Assembly: GCA_977862235.1 (NCBI GenBank)
Contig: OZ374559.1
Coordinates: 248,001-312,000 of the forward strand
Reading direction: 5' to 3'
From: Dudresnaya verticillata
Taxonomy: Eukaryota
DNA: 64,000 nucleotides
Part shown: positions 23,772-37,455 of the stretch, in pieces
How positions within the stretch are numbered: position 1 is the first letter of the stretch
Layout: each line of letters begins with the position of its first letter
Notes under the pieces: model-generated
The model's input: only the letters and a program-made list of their open reading frames with translations
Told to the model about the DNA's origin: nothing
Database searches by the model: none
Translations under genes and position numbers: made by a program

Positions 23772-24448
23772 TCTGGTCTCCCGACCTAGAACCATGAAGG
23801 GAGGTGAGCCGTTAAGAGAACGACGAATATGGTAACCCAATTGGATACTGAAGAAAATTAACCCACCAAGGCCCCTTTTCCTCCAAGATGTCAACTCACT
23901 CTCAAAGTAGTTCCCGTCGTGGTCAGATGGCAGAGCAGACCCATTGGTCCCTCCCAGTTGAGGACCAGGAGTCTTTGCTCCATCCTCCAATAACGCCTGG
24001 AGTAGAACAAGTGGAACCACCTGGTCAAGCATCCGCCAATCCTGTAACCGGTAAACCCTCAGCAGTTTCTTTGAAAGAAGTCGCAAGGCAACCCTCGCTA
24101 CACTCCAACCGCAACCATTGGGTAAATGCTGATCTGATGCCCTGTCTGATAAACTGGCTACATGACGAGTTGACCCCTTGGGTACCCCAAACGGTTTGAA
24201 CCGCTAGTGGGATACTTTCTAGGATAACATGGTCCAAAGACACTCTCGGAGTTTTCCGCCACGGCTACTGACAAGGTATTCCAGTCGTGGACCACACAGC
24301 CGGACAGTAGTCCAATCTATGGGATGCTTACCAAAATGGTTCCCTCGTTGTTTGCTCAGTCTCTCGAGACCTTTGGGCAAGTAGCGGACCCTCAAACTGG
24401 ACCAAATTCTATACCAGCAGGTGGAAACCAAGGTGGAAAATAAGCAGG

Positions 24449-25838
24449 ATGATTTCATCCCTCCTCGAATTGTTCTACCAACCGAAGCAAGTGATACGAA
24501 TAAGAAACCCAAAGGGAGGTTTGTCGGACTCCGAAGGTAGTAACAGTAATCGACATGGATCAGCGTCCAAAACGTCTACTAATAAGAAGAAGGAGGACAA
24601 GAAAAAGAAACGCAAGAAGAAACAATACTCTTCTGAGTCTGACTCTTCGTCAGTCACCTCAGATGGTTCCAGTTCGGATGATTCATCCGATGATGACAGG
24701 CGACGTCGTCGCCGATCGTCTAACCCAACCAAGGTCCGGAGGATTAAACCTCTGAACGACCTATACACCAGAGTGGTTAGCTTTCAAAGTTACCGATTGT
24801 ATAACCGCTCAAGGCTTTACTCTTGGAGAATCTCTCGGAAATTAAATACTTCCTATAAGAGGATGGCTATTCATATGCCGCCCTCTCGTTTTTTGGATGT
24901 GTAGACCGGATTAACATCTCGGGTTTCCTCGGAAGGTTCAAGGATGCCCGTAACCATAATGACGTCCCCGAAGCTGCCGCAGCCTGGTTACTACAGTACT
25001 TTATGCCAGGAATCGCAAGGGACAACCTACAGGCAAGACTACAAACTAGAACCAGTATGCTCTTAGACTTCGAAGATGAGGATGATTTGCTAACAACATA
25101 CCCTGAAGTGTTTGATTACCTCTTGGGGACGTATGCTACCGATAAGGTTGTTCCTCAAGCATATGCTGCCGTGATATCGTTACGAGAAGCAGAAGGAAAG
25201 ACGGAACGGGAAATCGCAGAGTTAGTCAGAGCCCGAGCTCTCCGTAGTATGTAGTTTGTTTTTCCAGAACACCGCCTCAATACGATCTTCGTTGATGGAC
25301 TCCTTCCAAGTATCCGTGCACCGGTTGGGTAACCATTTGTCCACTTGCAAGATTTTGTCTTATACGTAGGTCAAACAATATGCGCAAGATCTCGGGGAAG
25401 CTCACAGGAGTATACGTGGTACGAAAAACCTAAAATTCAAGAGGTGAGTAATCCTCGTCGCAGCGGTCAGCTTCGACAAACCACCGTCTCACTCCATACG
25501 TACGTCGACTGCTACCTCGGAGGATTTACCTGGAAGGGAAGACCCCCATGAAGAATAAATCTTCCAACTTGGAGAGGACTTGTCCAATCAATCGGTTTCA
25601 CCCCCGTCCACTATTACCACAGTGTGTTCCCGAGTTGGGGCACCGATACGGGCATGCCGGAGTTGTGCCTGTCCAGATCATATGGCCCATGAATGCCCCT
25701 GGTAACCCCCGCGGTTCGTGCTGACATCATTGCGTCTAGAGGGCAGAACCTTTGTGGGTTAGCTCGAGCCCGAGCCTTGCAAGGTAATCGAAAGGGAAAC
25801 TCTGGGGCCCCTTCCGCAACTGGTCACCCTGGACCTAC
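24449..25838 (+). pseudogene. gag: Degenerate gag (family Y)
   Basis: TTYPEVFDYLLGTYAT aligns with SSYPEAVQYLLHTYAT of the family X gag; CCHC knuckle CRSCACPDHMAHEC at ~25655-25696; several stops and frameshifts. Confidence 0.8.
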
Positions 25839-26702
25839 TGTGGTGCAAACTGTCCCTTGACGGGTAGCACGTCCGGGTGTTCGGGGCCCGGCTTGTAGTG
25901 TCGTCCTACGACGGTAGTGGTAGAGTGGTAGGCAACGCCACAGGGCGGACTGTAAACGCCCCGGGCGGAAAACGGGTGAAGGAAAAGGAAAAGGAAAAAA
26001 GAACAGCCACGAAGAACAAAGGAAACACGTTAAGGAGATGGTAGGAAACGTGAAAGCACGGAGGTACTGACGCATAAGCTTCAGGTCGCGGTAGGTGGTG
26101 CGCGTAAGCGGAGAAGGGCATTCAGGTCCCGGACCGGCTTAACAGAGTCTGCTGTGACGTCCTCAGACGGGCTATCTAAGTACTACTACGATTAAGGGCG
26201 CGGCGGTGGCGGTGCGCGGGCGCGCGGGAAGTCGGGACACGTGTCGCCGCACCGTGTGTCTGACAAGTACGGCCGCGGTGCAGCCGTGTGCTGACAGATC
26301 CGTGCGCACTCGCAGCTGATAGATACATGCGAACCCGTTGCTTACACCCACACGTGGACACGGCTTGCGCCTTACAGTGAGATCGGCGCTCAGATCTTAC
26401 GCGCGAGTGATCCCATTGTGCCGGATGTGCGCATGCCCGCGTGTACCACGTTTATGCGTGCAGCCGCGTATGCCACGTCACCCACACTCGGCGTTTCGCC
26501 GCACCTGAGCCGCGGCCGAGTTGGCCACAGTTTGTACGCCAATGGCGGTCTCTTTCCGCGAAGCGGGCGGGTTCGCGCCAAGCTATGCTGGCGGTTACGA
26601 AATTTTGTCCCACGCCGAACGGTGCTAGACGCCCGTCGTCGACGGTATTCACGCCAGCGTCGATAAGTTGTTTCAGGGGCGCCGCGCGTGGTTTGCACCA
26701 CA
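25839..26702. mobile_element. Solo LTR (family X-related, 864 bp)
   Basis: Perfect 12-bp terminal inverted repeats TGTGGTGCAAAC...GTTTGCACCACA; perfect TSD CCTAC; shares the GGGCGGACTGTAAACGCCC block with the LTRs at 27675 and 60689. Confidence 0.93.
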
Positions 26703-27005
26703 CCTACTCAGGCTTGACCCACGGGATCACACTCGGTGGAACCCTCAAAGGCTGCTCAAGGAGTGACCATTGCGGAAAACGTGGAGGAGGACGCATAAAG
26801 ACGCATGCCCTCCTCAAATATGAGCCTTCCAGAACCCTTGTTGCGACCCGACACTGTCGATAACCTGGAGAGTGATGACTATGATGAAGCAGGTTTATGT
26901 AGGAAGCAAAGCTACAAAGTGGATCAATCGTTAAGGGTCTGGTCGGCACAGATGATATCCGCAAAGGGGCGTGATTGGCTCTGGAGCCAAACCCAATCTG
27001 GTTCA

Positions 27006-27575
27006 TGTTAAAATGTTACCTAATGGGTGGGAAAAGCAAGCCAAACGTTATAAGGAAAATACGCATAGTATCGCGGACGCTTCTAATAATCGATTATTGT
27101 GGCAGAATGGACGCTGTCAGCCGGAGGGTTTACAGGAGCGCATCTCCTCTTTGTCGGACAGACTGTCCCTTAATCAGGAAAGCTGTCCTTTCATCGCTGT
27201 ACACGTGGATTACACGTGGCCTTACAGTGGCGCCAACTGGACGTCTTTTATTGGCTGATTTATGATGCGCCACTATGCTCCTACTCACGGACGAGGAACG
27301 CCTCTGCGCTCAAGGTATCGACAATGCAGCTGAGACCCCAGCTTGCACACCGGCGCATCCGTCACCAAGTCCCCGTACCGGGACGCATTCCCGCGTCTAC
27401 ATTGTACTGACTGTACTAATCTCAATAAATATAATCATAGACTAACCTAGACCCCCTTCCGGGCTGATAGACTTTTCGGCTGTCAAGCCCTACTTACCCG
27501 GAATAGCCGGCGCCCTACTTACCCGGAATAGCCGGCGCCCTACTTACCCGGAATAGCCGGCGCCCTCAGAATAAC
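27006..27575. mobile_element. Solo LTR (family Z) inserted in the family Y protease
   Basis: Termini TGTTA...TAAC (final A missing); flanks GTTCA/GCTCA; AATAAA at ~27424; removing it restores GSGAKPNLVQQ. Confidence 0.65.
27487..27566. repeat. Perfect 25-bp tandem repeat x3.2
   Basis: GCCCTACTTACCCGGAATAGCCGGC repeated three times without spacers. Confidence 0.95.
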
Positions 27576-27674
27576 GCTCAGCAGAGTTGTTCGGGAAATG
27601 TCCACCTTTTGGTCGTTCGAACGCTCCGCGCCTGCAGGGGCCGCCTAGTACGGGCCTGGAAATCGTACGACAAG

Positions 27675-28537
27675 TGTGGTGCAAACGTCTGAAGACGGAA
27701 CACTGCCGAGCGGTTCAGGGCTCGGTGGGTAGCTGCGCCCGTGGCGGTGAGTAGCCTCGCCTTGGGCGGCTTATGGTAGAGCAGAGGACACGCCTTGGGC
27801 GGACTGTAAACGCCCGAGGCGGAAAGGAAGGAAAAGGGAACAGAAAGGAAACACGTCAAGGACGGCGATAGACGTGGAAGCACGGGAGGTAGACGCTTGA
27901 GCCGTAGGCAGCGGTAGGGTACGCGCGTGCGGAACGGGGAAGTCTGGACCAATCCGGTTTTTCCGGGGTTTACTTAGCGTCTCAGACGGATTACCTAATA
28001 TACTACGTGGGCGACGGCGGCGGGCGCGGTGCGCGGGAATGCAGGACGTGGGTCGCGCCGTCGAGTGTCTGACACGTCGTCGTCGCCATGCAGCCGCGTG
28101 CGCGGGAGCTCAGGAGTAGCTTACAGGCGTGCGTGCGAGTAATGGGTGACTTACAGGCTCATGCGTGTAGCAGTGCGGGTGATCCGGATTCGGATCCAGA
28201 TCCCCACCAGCATTGCTGGCACGCGGCCATTACAGGCGCGCTCCTTACATCACTGTGGATCCCGATGCCGGATCCCGATATCCCATCCGGACCCGATCCG
28301 GATCCGGGCCAAGCTTACAGGCGTGCGCCTTGCGCCTTGCCGATCGGGATGATGCATCCGGATCTGCCCGTACAATGTGCGCGTGCGCCGCGCCGCGCGG
28401 GGTAACGGCGGCCGTATGCCCGTGGGCCAATCGCCCATGACGTGTTCGCGCGCCAACGGCGGTTGAAGTGCCGTCGGTAGACGTTGGCATATAATACGCT
28501 CACAGCGAAAAAGGGGCAGCCCTCCCCTTGCACCACG
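27675..28537 (-). mobile_element. 3' LTR of Gypsy X
   Basis: TGTGGTGCAAAC...TTGCACCACG; colinear with the solo LTR at 60689-61596; internal GGATCC/GATCCG and CTTACA repeats. Confidence 0.88.
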
Positions 28538-28989
28538 CGACCCCCTCGCAAAACGCGAACACGTCCGCCGCAAGCTTGCGTTTCTCTGCGGATCCCACTT
28601 CGTCGTGCGTGCGTTCCTGCGTTCCGGCTGTGCCCTGCTAACCTTGCGTGCTGCGCGTTGCGTCCGGCGAGCTCTCTCTCGCTCTCTCTCTTCACCCTGC
28701 ATCATCGCCGCTGGCGCATTGTGAAGCCCGTCAACGACGCCACATCCAATTCGTCGCCTGGGGCGTGTCAGCTTCATCGTCGTAGACGAGTTGTGTGAAT
28801 CTCATCGCCCAAGGCGCAGGTGTTTCCCGTCTGTGACGCAGCTCATCGTAGTCGCCTGTGGCGCGGAACAAAAGGCGTCCTTGACGTAAGCAAAAAGTAG
28901 AACCGCCTTTGGCGTTGGGCAAGAGTCATCGTTGACGTTTGTTTGACCTTAAGCGCCAGTGGCGTAAACGAATTTGCGTCGCCGACGAT

Positions 28990-31347
28990 ATGCCGACGTT
29001 CAATGGTGTTCAGGTCGCGGCGCCCTCGGCCGCGCCGGTATACTTGTCGCCGTGCGACTTCGTCGGGAAGAACCCGCAGGATCACGGGGACATCTTCGCG
29101 CAGGCCCCCTGGTTTGACCAGGAGGCCTTGCGCAATGAGGAGCTCATTGATCATTACGCTACTAGCGGATTTTTGCCGGGGGACTCCCCCTTGCCGTCGT
29201 CTGGACGATGGATTGGAAGTTGCGCTGCGCAGTGCCGCCCGAGTGGCTGTGGGTTCGCGCAGGGCAATCGCGTGCGGGCGTTCATGCCAAGTTCGTCGCA
29301 GACGTGTATCGTCGCTCCACGCGTTATCTGTGCTCGGCGTTAACGCCGGCCATCTTTGAGTTTGATGCCGGTCAATACCGGAACAATGGCGAGATCGAAT
29401 ATGGGAATCGTCAAGGGACGTTATCGCTCAAACATCTGAGCGTCTCGGCAGAGCCGCGTATCAGACAGGAGGCGTACCTCCTGGGAGTACGCTTGAAAGC
29501 GGATTTCCGTTACCAACACCGAACGGGTACGTTCTTTTGGGAACGGTTCATACATTGGGAATGTGAAACGCGTCGCCGAAAGGGCGTCTTTGTGGCCTAC
29601 CAGGATATGCAGGTCGATCATATCGAACGCAGTAAGTTGCCTCACTGCTTCGTGAAGGTGCCGCCCGTGTGGCGAGGGTTCGAAATTTGCGAAGGTTTCG
29701 CTTCCGAACTTCCTCCGTGTCTCACGTATATCGGGTCGGAGTTAATGAGGGACCCGTACTCCAAATGGTAGGTGATGTTCTACACCGAATGGGTGGCAAA
29801 CGTAGCGTACGCTTGGATGTGGGATGTGTATGAAACCTTCCGCATGTATTTTCCGCCACCTCGCGTAGTCGCGTCTCTTGGTGGCCTGGACCTAGCCGAG
29901 ATACTCGGCGGGTCGAGGAACAGCCAGGAGTTCTGGGATTTGCGCTCAGTAGCGGATGAAATTAATTGGAATGACCCGGCGATGGTGCCGTTAGGGAACA
30001 ACCGCCGTAAGACGAACCGCCCGCGATTCGCGATGAGTCGTACTCACTCCGCCTGTGCCGATTGGATCCATTATAATCCATGGACAAAGCGTCGTACGAC
30101 GAAGAACGTTGCGGAGCGCCATCGCAATACGGCCCGCTTCACACCGGGTAATCACCCGCGTGGTTTGCGTAAGAGCTGCGACTTTGTCGGTGCTTTTCCT
30201 CCGCATTTGAGTGCCTGGATGGCCGAGAAAGATGCTTTTAACGCCGATGGCGAACCCGGGGAACCCGTCTGGGACGGCTGTCGCTACGCCTATGGCGGTT
30301 GAGGCATCTGCCGAGGATGCGGCCCCACCATCAGCTTTTCCACAAGGATCTGCCGGTGGTGGTGGGGTGTCAGCTGGCTTGCCAGCTGTGGCACCCTTGG
30401 ACCTTGCGGCTCCCGTCTCGGACGTTGATGGCGATGCCGTTGTGGCGAAGTCAATAGTCGAGTCGGCTCCGCCGACCGTAACGGCTCAAGGGGGAGTATC
30501 AAACGTCATAGACGGATCTGTGAAGGCGCCCTCGGTGCCGGTCTGGACCGAGGAACAGCGCCGCACCGTGCTCGTCTTATTGCGTGCAGGTGGAGTCGCT
30601 ACTAGCGGTTTGAGTGGCTCGCCCACTGAGTGGGTGAGCCGGTCTCTGGCGGCTGCGTCGCGGCCCCAGAGTGCATCGGTGCCGGTACCGAGGGTTGGTG
30701 TAGGTTCTGAGTCGAAAGACGGTGCAGACGAAAAGTCGTCATCGCCTAAGGCGACTGGTTCAGCGTCCAAAGACGTAGTTGCTATTGTACCGCCAGCGGC
30801 GAGCGAAGCAAATGTCGCTACAACGTCTCCGACGGTTGAGGAGGGTCCAGTGGCTCCTGCTTTGATGGCGGATATAGAACCAATGACACCAAAGGCGGGT
30901 GAGGGGTCTACGTCGGTTCAGACGGTTGCGACAGTTGCGCCGAAGGCGGTTGGTTCTGCTGCGACGCCGAAGGCGAGTGATGAGTTAGACTCTACGCCAA
31001 AGGCGGTTATGGCTGCTTCGTCGTCCAAGGGGACAGTCCCTGCAACTACACCGAAGGCAGATGTTATCGTGGCAGCGCCGGAGGCGAATGACCGACTTGG
31101 TTCTACGCCATCGGTGGTTGGAAAAGCCAAAGAGGCTTCGCCGCCTAAGGCGGGTGGTGAGTCGAACTCTTCGCCAGCGGAGCGTATTACTCCTTCAGCG
31201 GTGGCGGTGGCGGTGCCTTTGCGGTCCGTCCCTGTTGCTGCTGTGGATGTTCCGTCAGTGACGGAAGATGACCTCTATGAAGAGGCGTTGAGGGAGTCCG
31301 CCGAGAGCGATGGTGCGGTGGACTTGGCAAAACCGTCTGCGACATGA
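28990..31347 (+). pseudogene. Antisense cargo ORF (~785 codons; Trp/aromatic-rich globular part + Ala/Ser/Pro/Thr-rich tail), unknown family
   Basis: Four abutting ORFs (28939-29343, 29208-29771, 29772-30302, 30211-31347) join with two frameshifts and one in-frame TAG at 29769 (context W*V). Confidence 0.7.
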
Positions 31348-32740
31348 CGTAGTTAGCGTCGTTTAGGGCGGAAGGCCGTCGCGGGGGTGCGTGTTGTGTT
31401 ACCTTTTCGGCTACTTTGCGGAGTCGGAAGGTAGGGCATCATACGTCGTTGGCGAGTGTGTTGAATGTTTTGCGGCATTTAGCCGCCGTGGCTTGTAGCT
31501 TGGGCGCGGGGCTTCCCCGTTGCATAGCCCGAATAAATTGTATCGTTGGTAACGTAGTTTGGTTTCGTCTCGCTGCAACCATCGTGTTGCAGCCGTCGCG
31601 TTGTAGTGTGTTGCCACCGCGTTTCTTTTCTCGTCATGATGACGTTATTGTATTAATCGTCGAGAGAAGTTACTTGGGCGTTGTACAACCCTTCTTTGCT
31701 CGCTGCATTAGCGTTGTGTAGCGCGCCTGGGGCGTTGTTTTCGGAACTGTGTTTTGTTGGCGACAACTATTGTCGACGTTGTTGGGGCCGAGCCTCCTAG
31801 TTATTTCGCTTAGCAAAGCGTTTCCTTGCGTTGCATTCCATCCTGCCACGCTCGACATAGTCGTCATGGAGGATTCGCTCAGAGCGTTGTTGTGTGTTGT
31901 CGAGTTCGGACCGCGGCTTGCGTGTGAGCGTGGGGAGTAGGTCGTGTTCTTTTCTCGCTTGGTGCGCTTGTAGCGTACGGTAGCTGTGCGCGTCGTCGTT
32001 GACGGATGTCGCGTGGTAGGTGAGGTAGTTACCGGTGGGCAAGTTGACGTTGTCTCGACATTCTCCTCTAAGGGTGGGGAATGGTCGTCGCGCGACTGTG
32101 GCGGCCATTCCCAGCGGTGGAGCCATTGCGCGATCTGGTTAGCGATTTGGTTGTGCGTCGTGCACGGAACCATGATAAACGCGTCTTCGACGACTCACTC
32201 CCCCCGTTGTCTGCGGGTTCGGCGGCGTGCTCCTTCTTCGGGAGATGCGTCGGCAGCGCGGTGCGTGTGTTCGTGCCCGGCCGAGCCGTTTGCTGGCTGG
32301 GTAAGGGAAGACTGCAGCGACTTGGCCGTGGTGCGCAAGCGTGCGGCAGCGTCGGGGACGGTCCTTGCGCGTTACGAAGTGCGTCTGGCGTCGTGCGTGC
32401 CGGTAGTACCAGTGCTGCCACTTGGTATACCTTGTTTGGCATAGTGGTTGATTGTCGGGTAGTGCGCCTCCCCTTTGTTTGCGCATTAAATTTTCCAGCT
32501 CTAGTATGCGTCTGGCCACGGAATTGGTGGGGCGCGGACCTCGGCGAGTGATCTGGAGCCACTTTCAGCCAGCCTTGCATCCGGGCGCTGTATGAGGGCC
32601 GTGGTGTGGCTGTCTCTGACGCCAGATTTGCGGCCTGCTCCGTCTGGGACGTGTGTGCTTGTATGTAGCCAGGGCGGGTGTGCCCGCGCAATATCTGAAC
32701 GTTAGTGCATTCGCTTCTAGCGTTGTTTTCCCGATTAGGG

Positions 32741-35700
32741 TTATCCGCGCTGAGCGTCGTCAATGTTTGGTGGCAGGCGCGTGTGCTTCCGACGGTGGTA
32801 CCACACGACGTGCGATCGCGGCAAACTGGACACGGGCTCCCAGGTGTTCGCTGAAGCGGGGTATCCAAACCACTTGACGCGGTAGAGGATCTCACCATCA
32901 TGCGCGTACGCGTGCGACTCGATGCGTTCAATCACGTATTCTTTTCCGCTCACAGCGTTCGGCTTGGACGTGGGCCTGTCCAGCACCTTTGGCGGTTCGT
33001 CTCGTTGCGTGATGGGCGTCTGTTCCGGTTCGGCGAAGCGTACTCGACGAGTTGATCGCCGAAGGCGTTGGCCTTGGGCCTCGGACGCTTGATCAGCGGT
33101 AAGTGGGTTGCTGCGTCTTGAGACGAGTCCATCGCTTGCAGCGCCTTTCTTCGTGCTTGCACGGTTGATGTATTCGTTATCGGACGTGCTTTCAGCGGAG
33201 TCATTGTTCTCATTCGACAGTGCCGTAGCGACGTGTTCCAAACGGGTGCGAACCCCTGGGGTATTGTCATCGTTGGAGACGGATTGCGAAGCGCGGTCGT
33301 CGGGATCGGCGGCGAAGGGCGAAAGCTCTGCCAACCCACGACTGCGTGACGCTGCGATCGTACGCTCTTGCAGATCTCCCGCAGTATGCGAAGTCTCTGC
33401 GTCCCCCTCCGGGTCCGCTGGTGGCGTGCCTGGGGTAGTCATCCCTTCGTCTTGTGACGTGGGGGCGACTGCTGCCTGCTCCTCAGGCGGGCCTGGTGGT
33501 ACGACGATTGGAGGGGCCGCCTGACCCGGTGGGGTCGGCGCCGAGACCACGTGGTCTCGGGACAAACGTTCCCGCTCATCACGTCCCTTGTCGACGGTTA
33601 CTGTCTCTTTATCAACGTGAGTTACCCGATATGGTCCGTACGCCACTGGCGCGCCAGCTTATGCTTACGCTCTGCGCGATCCGTGCTCCTGCCTCGGGCG
33701 AAGTATTCCTTACGTACGAATACGAAGTCGCCTACGGCGATTGCTTCCTTCGATTTCCTTAATCGGGTATCGAATTTTCGTTTGTAACGTGCTTGAGTTT
33801 TCTCTAACGACGCTTTAGCGGTTCCCATCAGTGCGGCCAACCAGGTTCGCCACTTGGTGTATTATTGCCCCGCGGTGGGTACGCTTTCGAGCGACGGTTC
33901 CGCTTCGAGCGATAATGGCCGTGGTGGCTTAGACAGCACCAATTCAAACGGAGCGAGATGCGTAGAAGAATGCAACTGTGTGTTGTATGCGAACGTCAAG
34001 GCATCCGTGAACAGGTCCCAGTCTCTCGGATGATCCGCAACGTAGTGACGCAGCGAGGCCAGGATAGTTCGATTGAATCGTTCTACCTGGCCATTGCATT
34101 GCGGATGGTACGTCGTGGTAAAGAGATTCTCCACTCCCAAGAGACGGCAGATATCCTGAAACAGCTTAGCCACAAACTGTGGTCCGTTGTCCGACAACAG
34201 TTTCTTGGGGGGCCGTACACGAAGACCCAATGTCGTACAAACGCCTTAGCGATTTCCAATGCCGTAATACTACGCAGTGGGACCGTCCGGACCATCTTCG
34301 AGAAGCGGTCCACAATGACGAGTAGGAACTTGTTTCCTCGCTTCGTGCGTATGCGTTCGCCCAGGATGTCGATCGATACGAATTCGAGAGGCTCGGTTGC
34401 CGGGAATAACTTCAATTTCTTGGTGTTCTTTCGCAGCAATACGCGATTCTTAGCGCAGGTTACGCAGTTGCGGACGGTCGCATAGCAGTCCACTGGCATC
34501 GATGGCCAATAGTATTCGCGTCGAAGCGTATGATACAACTTACGCCCCCTGGGTGCCCTGCCAACTTGGCGTGGTGCCGGAGGTGGAGTAAGCGAGCGCG
34601 TAACGCGGAGGGTACGACCACTTGCGGACGGACTTCCACTGTTCGGACCAACAGGCCCTGTTCATCCGTTGCGAGCGGTAAGATGATCCCGTCATCCAGA
34701 CGTTTCCTGACATCGTTACAGTATTTGTCATCGCCTTGGGCGTGTACCAACTCTTCATGAATCACTTGACGAAGGAGTACCTCATCCGCCGGGGCGTGTT
34801 GTTGATCAACACTTGGTGGAACTCTTCGAACTCTCGTTCGGCGAATTCGACCTCGCCTTCGGCTTCTGACAGATATTCTTGTGACGTTTGATGGCCGTCT
34901 TCGACGTAGCTTCCGTGATAGCATGGGATATCATCGTCAATGGTCTCGACGGTTTCTCCCTTCGTCTGGAGACGCGAAAGGGCATCTGCCTGAGTATTCA
35001 GGTATCTCTTTTTGTACTTCACGACAAAGTCGAACTCGGAAAGGCGAAGGCGCCACCGCATTAACCGTCCAGAGGGGTCGCTGATTTCCATCAGCCACCT
35101 CAATGACGAATGGTCCGTATGGACTGTGAACGACTCCATCTGGAGGGAAGGTCGCAGCGTCATGACGGACCATACTACTGCGAGGCACTCCTTTTCGGAG
35201 ACCGAGTAGTTACGCTCTGGAGCGGTGAGCGAGCGGGACCAGAAGCCAAGTGGCTTGCGTTCCCCGTCGGGCTGCGTTTGAAAGAGGTGCAGCCGACCTG
35301 ATACTCGCTTGCGTCACAATCGAAGGAATAGGGGAGACCATGCTGTGGTAGCGCCAGTATAGGCGGATGACTCACGGCCTCGACAAGCGTACTGAACGCT
35401 TTGGCTTGCGTCTCATCAAACGGTTCTAACCGGAAGTCCTGTTCCTTCCTCAGGAACTTGTTGAGGGGGGCAGCGACCTGCGCGTATCGCGAGACGAACC
35501 GTCTGCAGACGTTACAAAGACCGAGGAAGCTCCGTAGCTCCTTCTGATCCCGTGTATGCTTGGCTTCGCGTAGCGCGGCAGTGACAGTGCGGTCAACTTC
35601 TAACCGTCCTGGACGTATGACATGACCCAAGTAGTTGACGGTTGGGGTGAAGAAGTCAGACTTGGTCAACTTCAGAGTCACCCCGGCGCGGTGCAATGTC

Positions 35701-37310
35701 GAAAGGATCTCGTCAACATGACGGAAGTGACTGTAGATGTCGCTGGAGAATATTATTAAGTCGTCGAGGTAGACGAGGCACGAACGCCACTTGTAACCAG
35801 CGAGCAGTATGTCCAATGTTCGTTGAAACGTAGCGGGTGCGTTCGTGAGGCCGAATGGCACACGCTTATAGCGGAACAGTCCGGTGCGGCACGTGAACGC
35901 AGTCTTATCGCGGTCTCGCGGATTGATCGGCACCTGCCAGTACCCACTGTTACAGTCTAGGGTGGTGAAGAAGTTTGCTTCTCCTAGACTGTCAATGCAT
36001 TCGTCGATACGCAGCAGCGGGTACGTGTCCCGTACGGTTACTGCGTTTAGACGACGGTAGTCTACGCAAAAGCGGAGGGTCCCGTCCTTCTTGGGGGCGA
36101 AGACCACTGGTGACGCCCACGGCGATTGTGCGGGTTCGATAACCCCTTGGCGCAGCATGCGGTCCACTTCCGCTTGAGCGAGTTGTCTTTGCTTCGGCCC
36201 CGCTCGGTAAGGCGGGGACGATATCGGTCTAGAGCCGGGAAGCAAGTCGATGTAGTGCTCCGTGGTTGAGATTTCTCCCAGCGAACCGTCCCACATAGAC
36301 GAATACTTGCGTAAGATCTCCTTAAGCCGGCCTTGATGCCCGGCGGGGAGATGCCCCAGGTCCAAATCGTCTACTGACGGAGGCTTGGCAGTGGTTGCCT
36401 CGATAGACTTCGTGAAAGTATCCGGCTGTGCCGCAGTGTTATCGTTCGTTTGAAAGCGGAAATCTTGGTTTGCCTTCTCTTCCTCGGCTTGTTCCTCTGT
36501 GAGGCCCAAAACATCGACTAGACTTACGTGACTGGGGAACAATGCTATCGGATGTGGTAACGACGTCGCGACGACTTGGGCCTTGGCCAGCGCCTGCGGG
36601 CGGGGAGAGAAGTTGGTAACCAGAATGCGAAACGCTTTTAGCGGCTCCACTTGAGCAATCCCGTTCGTAACGGCCAGACCTTGTCTGTCGTACAGCGTTC
36701 CGAACGGTTGAATTGTGATGATGCCGGCGCGCTCGGTGGTCACCGATACCCATTGCTGCGCCTTAGGCGGGATGATCGCGCGCTCGGTTACTCGGATCTT
36801 GGGCGACGTCCTTCCTTCAGCCTTGCCGTATTCCTGTTCCGTTGGTAACGGAGGATACGACGGGGGTCGGCGCAGCGGACGGAGCGTTATAGGGACACGC
36901 GTCCCGTCATCCAGTTCAACCTCGCGACTTCGCGGATATATTGCTTCGACGAAGCGGTCGCAAAAGTCGCAGCCGAGTATAACCGGCGCAGCGAGTCGTT
37001 CGCAAACGATCAGTTCCAACTTGACGACTCTCCGTCCCAGACGAACAACCAGGTCGATGGTGCCTCTTGTCTGAATCGCCTTATTGTTGGCGTCGGCTAT
37101 GACGGGGAGGCTCTTTGCCACGATGCGCGATCGCGCTTCCAGCGGAATGTCGTCAATGCGAATGAAATTCGGACCAGCCCCCGTGTTGAGGACAGTGAGT
37201 TTACGTGCCAAGGTACTAACGGTTGCGCCCAAATCGGCGTACGCCTTATAGTTCCTCTTGGCCATTACGAACAACTGCCCGCGCGCCTGGGGGGCTGGTA
37301 CCTTCGCCAT
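32741..37310 (-). pseudogene. pol: pol polyprotein (protease, RT, RNase H, integrase, chromodomain), several frameshifts
   Basis: Protease VLNTGAGPN (catalytic D>N); RT RFCVDYRRLN, PFGLTNAPATFQR, YLDD; RNase H DCDAS, TDHSSLRW, ADALSR; integrase HHCC and D-D-E (SIDIL, SDNG, QVERFN); chromodomain EYVIERIESH...YRVKWFGYPASANTWEP (~32780-32945). Confidence 0.96.
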
Positions 37311-37455
37311 GGGCGTTTTAATGACGTCTGTGACGACTCTATCCGCCCGTTGGCGTCATCGGTAACTAACTTCGGGCCCTCCTTCAGTGTCAGCACCCGA
37401 GGTCTAGGCCTCTCTTCGCGGTGCGACACCCCAGTGTCAGGATTTGGTGCCCGAG

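Noticed and set aside
27487..27566. 25-bp repeats as a CRISPR array
   Set aside because: No spacers, eukaryotic context, no cas genes; a simple tandem repeat inside an LTR.
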